NCBI GenBank assembly: GCA_963775685.1
Contig: CAVZJV010000014.1
Span: 1,152,001-1,216,000, forward strand
Length of the DNA: 64,000 bases
Direction of reading: 5' to 3'
Source: Candidatus Bathyarchaeota archaeon
GTDB taxonomy: Archaea > Thermoproteota > Bathyarchaeia > Bathyarchaeales > Bathycorpusculaceae
In this document: positions 9,465 to 18,776 of the stretch, in pieces
Layout: every line of letters starts with the position of its first letter
Numbering within the stretch: position 1 is the first letter of the stretch
Made by a program: the position numbers and the translations under genes
The notes under the pieces: generated by a model
Told to the model about the DNA's origin: nothing
Database searches by the model: none
The model's input: the letters and a program-made list of their open reading frames with translations, nothing else

Positions 9465-11380
9465 TAGGCGACCTCACGCACAACTGATTTGCCCTCAAGG
9501 TTCTGAACTGTAATAACGTTAGCATCTTGCTGTGCAAAAGTAATTTGGCTGGGCGTAATCACAACGTATTGGGCACTGGCATCCTTAATCATCGAAACCA
9601 GAACCTTCGCAATCATCTCGCGATTTTTGGGATCCATGTGAATGTCGTATTCGTCGACTGCGCGGAAAGGCGAACGCACATGCTGTTGCAACGCCAGCAG
9701 AAAACCCATCGTCGCTGTGGTTCGTTCGCCGCCACTTTGAGTGTAAGCATCCAAGGCTACGGGTTTGCTTCCCTTAAACCCAACATAAATGTCAAGTCCA
9801 GCCGTCTCAATATTCTGTGTAGCGGAAAGTTTGACTTCGCCGGTTGCAAGGGTTTGGTTCATGATTTTTTGGTATTCAACGTTAACGCGTTCCAGCAGGT
9901 TCTCCATTACGGTGCGCCACGACAGCATGCGGGTTTTGACTTCTTCAAGGGTTTTCTCGCGGTTCTCAGCAACAAGTTGGGCTTTCTCTTTAAGTTCCAA
10001 GTAAAGTTTTGAGTACGATTCATATTGGCGCTCAATATCTTCAGATACGTCTGCAAGAGCAGTCAGGTGACCTTTCGTTAAGCCGATTTCATCTTGGATT
10101 TCAACATTGGTCTTAAGGACTGCTATACGTTCGCCAGATTGCTGTGCCTTCTGGATTGCTACGCTGAGGTTTTCTTCAGCATCCCTTAACTGCTTCTCAA
10201 GGGTTTTCATCTCAGTGATAGCATTGGCTCGTTTAAACTCAAGCAACCCCAAAAAAACGCGTTTATCCAAAGATGCAGAGGATACTTTTTCAGATGAATC
10301 TTCCAACTTTGCCATTATTTTCTGGGTTTCTTTTATTTCTTCACCTGAGTTCTCAATTTGGTGTTTGGAAGTTTCTACTATTTTTTGGAGATTTTCCCTT
10401 CGGAGAAACTTAAACTGGCTTTTGTTCGCGAGGGTTTCTATGGCTTGAAATTCGTTAAGCAACTGCTTAACAAAAGATAAAGTCGATTCGTTTTGAGCGA
10501 TTTCACGCTCCAGAGATAGACGCTGTTCAAAAATTTCTTTAGCTTTCCCTTTAAGAATCTGCTGTTGAGTCTGTTGACTATCGATTTGGCCAATTATTTC
10601 TTGCCGCTCGTCTTCAATCTTGCCAAGTGACTGCTGGTTCCTGTTAAACTTCGCCTGTAACTCTTTGATTGCAGCCTCTCGTTTTTCGACTTCTGCCCAA
10701 ACCAGTTCACGGTCCAAAAACCGCCGTTTAAGCTGTAATTGCTTTTTCTCTTGGTACTTCTCATACTGTTCGCGCCAATAGTTGAGGGTTTGTTGGGCTT
10801 GCTCAAAGAGTTTGCTGACTGACTCTTCTTGACTTAGGATACGTGTAAGTTTGGTTTTGGCTTGCACGACGTTTTCACGGAAAGGCTCCAAACCAACCGC
10901 TGCTTCAACCATCCGCAACTTTTCTACGTTGCTTAGAACACTAAACTGCTCCACCATGTTCTGATGCATTATGATTAACATATTATCTGGGTCAACACCG
11001 AACTTTCCTAGCAGTCGTTCAATGTCCTGCTTGCTAGCGACACGATTTTCGAGCTCAAAAAAGTATTTGCCATCCCGGCGTAAAACCCGAGTAAGGAAAA
11101 GTTGGTCTTTGCTGTATTTTGACACGGGTCGCTTGGTACCTTGTTTGCTATTGTCTAATATGAGTGTGACTCGTGCTTGGTCTTGTCCCCAGCGAATTAA
11201 GTCACTAAGTTTTCTGGAACGTTCAGTATAGGTTTGCCCCAAACCAACCGAGATGGCGAGTAAAAGGGAGGATTTTCCTGCACCGTTTGGCCCACCAATT
11301 ATGTTTACGCCTTGTTTGAAAGGCACTCTGGCGTATTCGTAGCTCATGAAATTTTCAAGGATAACTTCTTGGATTAACAT
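9464..11380 (-). CDS. Short SMC-family ATPase, SMC5/6- or coalescin-like
   Basis: LENFMSY, Walker A GPNGAGKSS, MHQ Q-loop, coiled coil, QSGGERT signature, PFRAVDEYDIHMD Walker B/D-loop, QYVVITP; only 638 aa. Confidence 0.88.
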   Translation of the reverse strand: MLIQEVILENFMSYEYARVPFKQGVNIIGGPNGAGKSSLLLAISVGLGQTYTERSRKLSDLIRWGQDQARVTLILDNSKQGTKRPVSKYSKDQLFLTRVLRRDGKYFFELENRVASKQDIERLLGKFGVDPDNMLIIMHQNMVEQFSVLSNVEKLRMVEAAVGLEPFRENVVQAKTKLTRILSQEESVSKLFEQAQQTLNYWREQYEKYQEKKQLQLKRRFLDRELVWAEVEKREAAIKELQAKFNRNQQSLGKIEDERQEIIGQIDSQQTQQQILKGKAKEIFEQRLSLEREIAQNESTLSFVKQLLNEFQAIETLANKSQFKFLRRENLQKIVETSKHQIENSGEEIKETQKIMAKLEDSSEKVSSASLDKRVFLGLLEFKRANAITEMKTLEKQLRDAEENLSVAIQKAQQSGERIAVLKTNVEIQDEIGLTKGHLTALADVSEDIERQYESYSKLYLELKEKAQLVAENREKTLEEVKTRMLSWRTVMENLLERVNVEYQKIMNQTLATGEVKLSATQNIETAGLDIYVGFKGSKPVALDAYTQSGGERTTATMGFLLALQQHVRSPFRAVDEYDIHMDPKNREMIAKVLVSMIKDASAQYVVITPSQITFAQQDANVITVQNLEGKSVVREVA

Positions 11381-11698
11381 TAACGGTTCTTTGCCTCTAT
11401 TTTTGAAGCGTTCAACCTATTGAAGGGCGTCTTATTAAAACAATTTGACATCTTTAAGTTGATTATCCTTGTTGTGGAGTTGATCTAAATTTGTAAATCA
11501 GTGTTTCATTGGCAGATTATAAAAATGTGATGTTTATATACCCATACTTTGGAGGAACTCGGGAACTTTGTAGGAAACGCTCGACCTCTAAGTTACATAG
11601 CCGTCTTCCTTATACGTAGAACCGAAAACACGCTTAATTCAGTCAATTTTAACATGCAAAAACTGTATTCAGGCTAAAGCCTTTTAATTAAAGCTTAC

Positions 11699-11968
11699 AT
11701 GAGTATTATTGGGTTAACTATGAAATTTGGAGAAATCGCAATCTTACTCAGAGAAATCGTTGACAGGTGTCCAGGCTTAGATGGATCAACCATTACGTTG
11801 ATACCACAAAAAGCCATGTATCCTCTTTACCAAGGATACCACATAAACATTAAGGCTAATCTTTCCAAGGAAACAATGGGTGGCTTACGGAAGATAGTGG
11901 AGGGGCATGACCTAGTCATGCAGATTAAATCTGATTGCGTAATTGTTTACGAAACCAGATCAACTTAA
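11699..11968 (+). CDS. Hypothetical protein
   Basis: 89-aa ORF in otherwise empty intergenic space; no motif recognised. Confidence 0.55.
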   Translation: MSIIGLTMKFGEIAILLREIVDRCPGLDGSTITLIPQKAMYPLYQGYHINIKANLSKETMGGLRKIVEGHDLVMQIKSDCVIVYETRST

Positions 11969-11978
11969 CCTAAATAAT

Positions 11979-13271
11979 CTATATTTCTACGCTGGTGCTT
12001 AACAGTTGCACATCCGACACTTCTCCAGTGTCAGCGTAGATTCCAACTGCAACTTCATTATAGCCTCCTGCATAAGTTTGAGTAAGGCTCATTTCAATGT
12101 ACCAATAGGGAATGAGCAGGACTGAATTGCCTCTTGGATGTGGGATAAGTTGAACAGACACTGGTGGGTCTATAACGCTAAAACCAGAAGTTGGTTTGTT
12201 CTCTATTGAATAAGTCAATGTTTTCACATAACTTCTAGCAGTGTTTACAGCTTGTTGTTGAGTAATGCCCATGTAAGTGCTGCCGACGGTAAATAGGAAA
12301 TAGCCGTCTGACAAAATGGTTAATACATTATTTTTAAAGGTCATCTGTAAGCCCTTGGCTTGGTAATCTATCCCCCTTTCAGTGTACATCCAAAGAAAAG
12401 TAATGGTATCTCCTGAAACGGAAATCTGCAACTTCATGTTGCCCTGAGTAACGTTTGTGTTACTTATCATGCTAACGGTGGCTAAAAGGTTAGTCATATT
12501 TGTTAAATATGAATCACCAGAGAGTGTTTTGTATCGCGAGAGTACATATTTTACGTTTTGTAAGACATCGTTGGGCTGGATCTGTGAGTAGATTGGCGAG
12601 CTTTCAATCATGTTAAGTTCATACCTTGAGAAGTGATTATTTCGATAACGCAAATAGACGTTTAGGTCGCTTATGCTACTCTTTAGTGAATATTGTGTGA
12701 CTTCTTCAGCGACACCCCCAAAATCTCTTCGCCACTGCATTGTATCACTCATAAGTGAAATTGTGTAATTTCTAGTTTCAATTTGCGTAAGATTTGCAAG
12801 AAAATTGGCTACTTTGTCCACACCTATTCCCCAAGACAATAATTGCTGGTTTTCAAGGGAAAGCGAGTTATGATTGCTAGAAAGTTGGTTAATAGAGTAA
12901 TATTCAATGGTAACTATGCTAGACAGAAGCAAAATCGAAACCAGCAGCGCCACAGAAACTACTTTCCACCTTGAAGAAACTGAATGACGCTTTGGCTCGC
13001 TTTCACGAACTTCTTCGACGCCCTTCATGGCACTTACAGTGGCTAATCCAAAAGATGACAATTTGTACTGACCATCATCCATCTTAGAAACCAATTCGCC
13101 AAGGTTTTCAAGGTGATAGGTCAGATGAGGAGTTGAAACGCCAAGTTCCTCAACCATCTCCATAAAACTCATAGACTTGTTTCCAAGCATTCTGAGAATT
13201 TTACGCCTGACAGGATGCTTAAGTGAACTAAACATAGTTGAGTAGATTTCATCTTCGTGCGAGGCAGGCAT
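11979..13271 (-). CDS. Membrane-anchored ArsR-type wHTH protein with large C-terminal domain
   Basis: LKHPVRRKIL..LTYHLE.L wHTH, hydrophobic TM around aa 104-122, Ser/Thr/Asn-rich C-terminal region. Confidence 0.82.
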   Translation of the reverse strand: MPASHEDEIYSTMFSSLKHPVRRKILRMLGNKSMSFMEMVEELGVSTPHLTYHLENLGELVSKMDDGQYKLSSFGLATVSAMKGVEEVRESEPKRHSVSSRWKVVSVALLVSILLLSSIVTIEYYSINQLSSNHNSLSLENQQLLSWGIGVDKVANFLANLTQIETRNYTISLMSDTMQWRRDFGGVAEEVTQYSLKSSISDLNVYLRYRNNHFSRYELNMIESSPIYSQIQPNDVLQNVKYVLSRYKTLSGDSYLTNMTNLLATVSMISNTNVTQGNMKLQISVSGDTITFLWMYTERGIDYQAKGLQMTFKNNVLTILSDGYFLFTVGSTYMGITQQQAVNTARSYVKTLTYSIENKPTSGFSVIDPPVSVQLIPHPRGNSVLLIPYWYIEMSLTQTYAGGYNEVAVGIYADTGEVSDVQLLSTSVEI

Positions 13272-13529
13272 ATGGACCCACTTACAAATACACGGCTCAT
13301 TCCTATAAAATTTACATATTAAGAATTCATAAAAAGATGGATGTAGTTTCTATCAGAAAAACATCGACAGCATTTTTATTTAATTTCTTTTAATCCTTGC
13401 TGACCTCCTTTGCATATTTCTATTTTTCTTAAACCCCCTATCGGTACCTGCATCTTGATAGAGAAAACCGTTAACTATTGCGGGCGAAAAATAGGTGAGT
13501 TGCCTGTAAAAAAAGACCAGATAAGTGCT

Positions 13530-13962
13530 TCATTTGTTTCATTAAGTGCGTAGATGTAGCCATAATACGATCAGATGTCTACGACACCGTTAACTACCGC
13601 AGAAAGATTCCGCTGAACTGGCAACAGCACTGTACTTCCAGATTACTGAGCCAGTTACGGCATTCAAAGCGTAGACATAACCATCAGTTGAGCCCTGATA
13701 AACAACGCCATTAGCGATGACTGGAGAGGAACGGATTTTATCACCAGTGTTGAATCGCCAAAAGCAAGTACCATCAGAGGCTCGTGAATATGAGGTGCCG
13801 GCGCGGTCCAAGTTTTGGCGAAACATTGACCAGCCAGTGTTTTGGGATTCAGTCTTAACTGTTTGTAAAGAAATACCCGAAACTAATACAGTAAGAAATT
13901 AATACATTAAACAGAAGTAATGTCAAAAAAGCAAAAACAAAAATGCAATCTTTGGGGTACAT
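13530..13962 (-). pseudogene. PQQ-like beta-propeller repeat protein remnant
   Basis: WSMFRQNLDRAG, W.F.TG..IRSSPVIANGVVY.GS.DGYVYALNA.TG..IWKY repeat, signal-like start, truncated and disrupted. Confidence 0.65.
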
Positions 13963-14172
13963 CTGTTTTCCCAAAATTACCAAATTAACTATTTCAATAA
14001 AAGAGTTCTCGTAAAAATTTGTTGACTAAAGTCAGTGAAGGTTTCTAGACTAATAGTCAAGGCTATAGGAGATCATACTATGAAATCCTCAGGGTGTCTA
14101 CTATTCGTAGTTTAACTTCGTTAAATACAAGCAAGCAACGTTTTCATCGCCTAATAGCCAATTACGGACCAC

Positions 14173-14610
14173 TTAGGAGATGCTTACGTTCTGAATGTCG
14201 AAGTACCGTTTTGCCAAAAAACGCAAACGTTCGGCGTTCTTGCCGTTTTTACCTATTGCGACGCCCTTATCCTTAGGGTTGACGGTTATTACTGCCATTT
14301 TTTTGCCATCAGTGCGTTCGGTGACACGTATTTCACGGACTGCTGCGGGCTTTAGTGCGTTTTTCATGAATGTTGCTGGATCTTCGCTGTACTCGATGAT
14401 TTCGTGTTTTTTGCCTGTCATTCGTTCAAGAGTATGGATGTTTCGTCCGCCCTTACCTATGGCAACACCAACTTGGCCTTGGTTTACAATGAATATAGCG
14501 CGTTGCTCGACTTCGTCGACAATACAGTCTTTTACGCTAGCGCCGCTGATGCTTTCAAATAAGGCAATGTATCGCATTTCGTCGCAGGTAATTTTTATCC
14601 CAGTTGTTAT
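14173..14610 (-). CDS. nusA: Transcription factor NusA (archaeal, KH-only)
   Basis: AIGKGG.NI, IIEYSED and AIGKNG.N motifs; follows rpl30e. Frame is open 11 codons upstream of ATG 14577, to an ATA at 14610 preceded by GGAGG. Confidence 0.93.
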   Translation of the reverse strand: MTTGIKITCDEMRYIALFESISGASVKDCIVDEVEQRAIFIVNQGQVGVAIGKGGRNIHTLERMTGKKHEIIEYSEDPATFMKNALKPAAVREIRVTERTDGKKMAVITVNPKDKGVAIGKNGKNAERLRFLAKRYFDIQNVSIS

Positions 14611-14627
14611 TTTTTTTCCTCCATTTT

Positions 14628-14945
14628 TTATTCTTGTACCTGAGTTTCCTCAGTAACTTTGAGAATGTCTGAGTCCCCTGTTTCGCGGATGCTTAAGGCT
14701 GATATAATAAAGAGCTTTTTGCAAACTTCCGCTAAATCCATTGATCCACCTTTATATGTTATGACGGGAACTTTAGAGATTTCTCCATAGTATTCAATTT
14801 GTTCTTTTATGTCTTTTGGACAGTTTGAAGCTAAAACAATCATCTTAGCTTTGCCGGTTTTGGCGTTTTGCAATGCAACATTGGATCCAAAGGAAACCTT
14901 ACCTGTTTTCACTGCGGACGCTAACGCTTTATCTATGTCTATCAT
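14628..14945 (-). CDS. rpl30e: 50S ribosomal protein L30e
   Basis: AVKTGKV.FG, GKAKMIVLASNCP, G.S.DL; canonical position after rpoA. Confidence 0.95.
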   Translation of the reverse strand: MIDIDKALASAVKTGKVSFGSNVALQNAKTGKAKMIVLASNCPKDIKEQIEYYGEISKVPVITYKGGSMDLAEVCKKLFIISALSIRETGDSDILKVTEETQVQE

Positions 14946-17900
14946 GATTCTGTTTTTCCTCCATCTTTTTCCTGACGCTCGAACGTTGACATGTAAAGTT
15001 CAACTAAGCCTGTGCCGATTGGTATAGATTGCCCAACTATAACGTTTTCTGTTACTCCAGCAAGAGGATCACTTTCACCTTTGACAGCTGCTTCAACAAT
15101 GTTGGGAACGGTGATTTCGAATGCGGCGCGCGCGAGAACACTGGCTTTCTTGCCGCTGATGCCATGCCTGCCGATTTGCTGAACGTCGCCTGTTGTAGTC
15201 ATCATGTCTGCTACAAGCATTACGTGCCTCACATCCACGTCTAAGCCTTGATCTTCGAGAACACCTTTTGCTTCGTTAACAAGTGCGTTTCTTGAAGCTT
15301 CTACGCCGAGGGTCTTAGCGATTTCGTGAATGTTGTTTGTAGTTGTCCGAGAAGTATCGACGCCTATGACTTCGAGGACTTTAGATAGGTTTGAACCGTC
15401 AGTACGTATAACCCATTCACCACTTTCCTCGGTGACTAGGACCCGTTTGATGTCTGGAACACCTTTAACCTGGAAACCTGGAACTTTAGTCAGCATACGT
15501 TTCAGTTGTTCGGCTTTCTTGGGTTTAATTTCAACTGTTGTGTCAGTCACTGTCACGGTGGCGTTCTGTAACTCCATTCGATCTTTAAGTTCATCCATAG
15601 TTATGGCTCTGTCATCCATCATTTGCTTGTTGAGTTCAATTATGATTTCTTCTCTTACTGGGTCTTCATATATTGCTGAAGCCAAGTTTTCAACTGTTGT
15701 GTAGATGATATTGCGTGCGACTTCAACGGCGCCTTCTTTACTTTTTGCGTGTTCGCCCTTTAAGTAGATAGTCATGATTGGAGTTGAGGGAATTCGGCGT
15801 GCGTCTACGATTTCGATTAGTCGCGGTAAGCCTAAGGTGACGTTTTGTTCTTTGACACCAGCGTAGTGGAAGGTTCTAAGAGTCATCTGGGTACCTGGTT
15901 CACCAATTGATTGAGCAGCAACAATGCCAACGGCTTCGCCCGGCTCCATCAGGGCGCGTTTGTATTGTTCAGCTGTTTGAGTTGCTGCTTTGGTTACGCC
16001 TTTAGCGGTAAGCTTGTTCTTTGCAAGGTTGGTTTTAAGTTGGTTCAACAGGATGGGCGTTATTTGGTTTTCAACGTTCTTGAGTTGTTTTTTGATGTGT
16101 TCTGAGGATGCAACTTCGCCTTTCTCTTCACCGATTTTTATCTGATCGATTAGTCTGCTGACGTTGACTGCCTTGCCATGGTCACTTTTCGCGGGGTCAA
16201 CACCGTCTTCTCCATAGCGGAATTGGATTATGTCGCCTGCGGAGTCACGCACAGTATTGTCGTATTCAAGACGGATGTGTTCGAGTGCGTTGATTAATCG
16301 TCTTTGCATATAACCGCTTTGTTGAGTTCGGACAGCTGTGTCGACTAGACCTTCTCTACCACCCATAGCGTGGAAGAAGAATTCAATCGCGTCAAGACCC
16401 GTTTGGTAGGAGTTATAGACAAAACCTCGTGCTCTTGGGCTTGGGTCGCCATCAACAAAATGTGGCAGTGCTCTTCCAGCGTAGCCTCTTAGGATACGTT
16501 TGCCTCGGACGGATTGTTGCCCAACGCAAGCTGCCATTTGACCAATGTTTAAGCTTGAGCCTCTGGCACCTGCTCTTGTCATTACTATGCCTGCGTTTTC
16601 CAATGTAAAGTCGTCATCTGCTATTTTGCCTGATTCGTCTCTGGCTACTGCAAGTTCGTGCATAACGTAGATTTCAAAGGATTCTTCAAGGGTTTGACCA
16701 GGTAAGCGTGGTAATGTTCCATTGCGGTAGTTTTGGATGTGTTCGTCGATTTTCTTTTGGATGCGATCCATTGTCTTTGCCATGCGAGTGCGGGCTCTAG
16801 GCGAGAGGACCAGTTCGTCGTAAGTGTAGCTGAAGCCTCGCATAGAAATGAATTGTTTGAGCAGATGTGTGATTTTGTTTAAAAATTCTCTACCTGCTTG
16901 TGTCCCATAGTCTTTGATGATCCGGTGAAGCAAACTTTCAGATTGTTCAGAGCCAATAGAGCGTCTGTCGATTATACCTGAAACAAGCTGACCATTCTTT
17001 ACAACTACATAAGCGTCATGTTTGCATTCTTCTTCTTCACATTTCGTGCAACCTTGGCAGATGTTGGCTTTAAGAGAGTAATTGAGCGTTTTAGGCAGGT
17101 ATAAACTAAAGATTTGTTTGCCTGACCATAGAGGTTCGGGTGTATTGATTTCCGGTTCTGGTACTGCACCAGTATAGTTTGTAGCGGTTAGAAGCCGATT
17201 AACTTGGCTTCTGGTCACGTAGTTGCCTTTTCTGGTGAAATAGTAAGCGCTTGTAACGAAGTCTCTGATGGCGCCGATGATCGGTCCGCCGAATCTAGGT
17301 GACAGAATTTGGTCTTGAACCTGCATTAGAAGTAAACTTTCAGTTCGGGCTTCCTCGCTCTGTGGAACGTGGAGGTTCATTTCGTCACCGTCAAAGTCAG
17401 CGTTATATGGTGGACAAACGCAAAGGTGCAGTCGAAAAGTCTTGTATGGCAAAACCCTAACATAGTGCGCCATGATTGACATGCGGTGAAGCGAAGGCTG
17501 ACGATTAAAGATAGCAATATCACCGTTCTTTAAATGGCGTTCAACAATGAATCCTAATTCCACTGCTTCCGCGATTTTAGTGCGGTCAACGACGAATTCG
17601 AGTCTGATGCGTTTCCCGTCTGGGCGGATGATGTATAGAGCACCCGGATAGTTTTCTGGACCGTTAACCACGAGCTTCTTCATTTCTTCAATGTTCCAGG
17701 CTGTTACTTTTTCTGGGACTGAGAGCCGCATAGCTACGTCTTGGGGGACACCGACTTCGTTTATGTCAAGGTTAGGGTCTGGAGAGATGACTGTACGGGC
17801 TGAGAAGTCGACACGTTTGCCTGAGAGGTTGCTTCTGAATCGCCCTTCTTTGCCTTTGAGGCGTTGAGAAAGAGTTTTTAGGGCTCTACCGCTACGGTGC

Positions 17901-18775
17901 CTTGCGGGCGGAATACCTGATGCCTCGTTGTTGAAGTATGTGGTGACGTGGTACTGGAGTAGTTCGGAGAGGTCTTGGATGATAAGGGTTGGAGCGCCTG
18001 CTTCCATGTTTTCTTTCAAACGCTGGTTAATTCTGATGATGTCGACGAGTTTGTGGGTTAAGTCGTCTTCTGAGCGGATACCTGATTCCAATGTGATTGA
18101 GGGTCGCACGTAAACTGGTGGAACAGGGAGAACTTGAAGAACCATCCATTCAGGGCGGGCCACCTTGGGGTTGAAACCTAAAATTTCCAGATCTTCGTCT
18201 GAGACACGTTCAAGTCGTTCGCGTATCATGCTTGGAGTTAGAGGTTCGGAGCCTGCTTCAGTTTGCTCGATGAACTTTGTTGGTTTCTCAAAGGTAATTT
18301 TGAATTGGGCGGCTGCACAGTAGGGGCATTGTTTTGCTTTTATATCTGTCAAGATTTCCTTGTAAACTTCGTCTGGGATTGTTCCTAAGAGATCATTGAA
18401 CCTTTCAATTCTTTGGCGTGCTTTTTTGGAAGCTTCCTCGGAGAGGAGAATGCGACCACATGTGCGGCAAGTTGCTTTCAAGAGGTCAAAAATTATCTTC
18501 GTAAATTCAATGTGAACTATTGGTACAGCAAGTTCGATGTGTCCAAAGTGTCCTGGGCAGCGGATGGCTGTGTTTCCGCAAGTTTTGCATCTTTGTCTTG
18601 GTTCAAGAGTACCTAGTCTGCCGTCCATTAAGCCTGCGGTGATTGGTGCGCCATCTTCGTCATAGGTATCTGGAGTTTGGATTTCCACGACGGATTGTTT
18701 ACGTAGATCTTTAGGTGAGATTAATCCGAATGAGATTTCGTCAACTATTTTATGTATCAATTCTTCCTGGGACAT
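14942..18775 (-). CDS. rpoA: RNA polymerase largest subunit Rpo1 (A' and A'' in one ORF)
   Basis: CPGHFGHIEL, NADFDGDEMN catalytic motif, AQSIGEPGTQMTL, ENVIVGQ..P.GTG; 1277 aa unsplit. Confidence 0.98.
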   Translation of the reverse strand: MSQEELIHKIVDEISFGLISPKDLRKQSVVEIQTPDTYDEDGAPITAGLMDGRLGTLEPRQRCKTCGNTAIRCPGHFGHIELAVPIVHIEFTKIIFDLLKATCRTCGRILLSEEASKKARQRIERFNDLLGTIPDEVYKEILTDIKAKQCPYCAAAQFKITFEKPTKFIEQTEAGSEPLTPSMIRERLERVSDEDLEILGFNPKVARPEWMVLQVLPVPPVYVRPSITLESGIRSEDDLTHKLVDIIRINQRLKENMEAGAPTLIIQDLSELLQYHVTTYFNNEASGIPPARHRSGRALKTLSQRLKGKEGRFRSNLSGKRVDFSARTVISPDPNLDINEVGVPQDVAMRLSVPEKVTAWNIEEMKKLVVNGPENYPGALYIIRPDGKRIRLEFVVDRTKIAEAVELGFIVERHLKNGDIAIFNRQPSLHRMSIMAHYVRVLPYKTFRLHLCVCPPYNADFDGDEMNLHVPQSEEARTESLLLMQVQDQILSPRFGGPIIGAIRDFVTSAYYFTRKGNYVTRSQVNRLLTATNYTGAVPEPEINTPEPLWSGKQIFSLYLPKTLNYSLKANICQGCTKCEEEECKHDAYVVVKNGQLVSGIIDRRSIGSEQSESLLHRIIKDYGTQAGREFLNKITHLLKQFISMRGFSYTYDELVLSPRARTRMAKTMDRIQKKIDEHIQNYRNGTLPRLPGQTLEESFEIYVMHELAVARDESGKIADDDFTLENAGIVMTRAGARGSSLNIGQMAACVGQQSVRGKRILRGYAGRALPHFVDGDPSPRARGFVYNSYQTGLDAIEFFFHAMGGREGLVDTAVRTQQSGYMQRRLINALEHIRLEYDNTVRDSAGDIIQFRYGEDGVDPAKSDHGKAVNVSRLIDQIKIGEEKGEVASSEHIKKQLKNVENQITPILLNQLKTNLAKNKLTAKGVTKAATQTAEQYKRALMEPGEAVGIVAAQSIGEPGTQMTLRTFHYAGVKEQNVTLGLPRLIEIVDARRIPSTPIMTIYLKGEHAKSKEGAVEVARNIIYTTVENLASAIYEDPVREEIIIELNKQMMDDRAITMDELKDRMELQNATVTVTDTTVEIKPKKAEQLKRMLTKVPGFQVKGVPDIKRVLVTEESGEWVIRTDGSNLSKVLEVIGVDTSRTTTNNIHEIAKTLGVEASRNALVNEAKGVLEDQGLDVDVRHVMLVADMMTTTGDVQQIGRHGISGKKASVLARAAFEITVPNIVEAAVKGESDPLAGVTENVIVGQSIPIGTGLVELYMSTFERQEKDGGKTES

Positions 18776-18776
18776 T

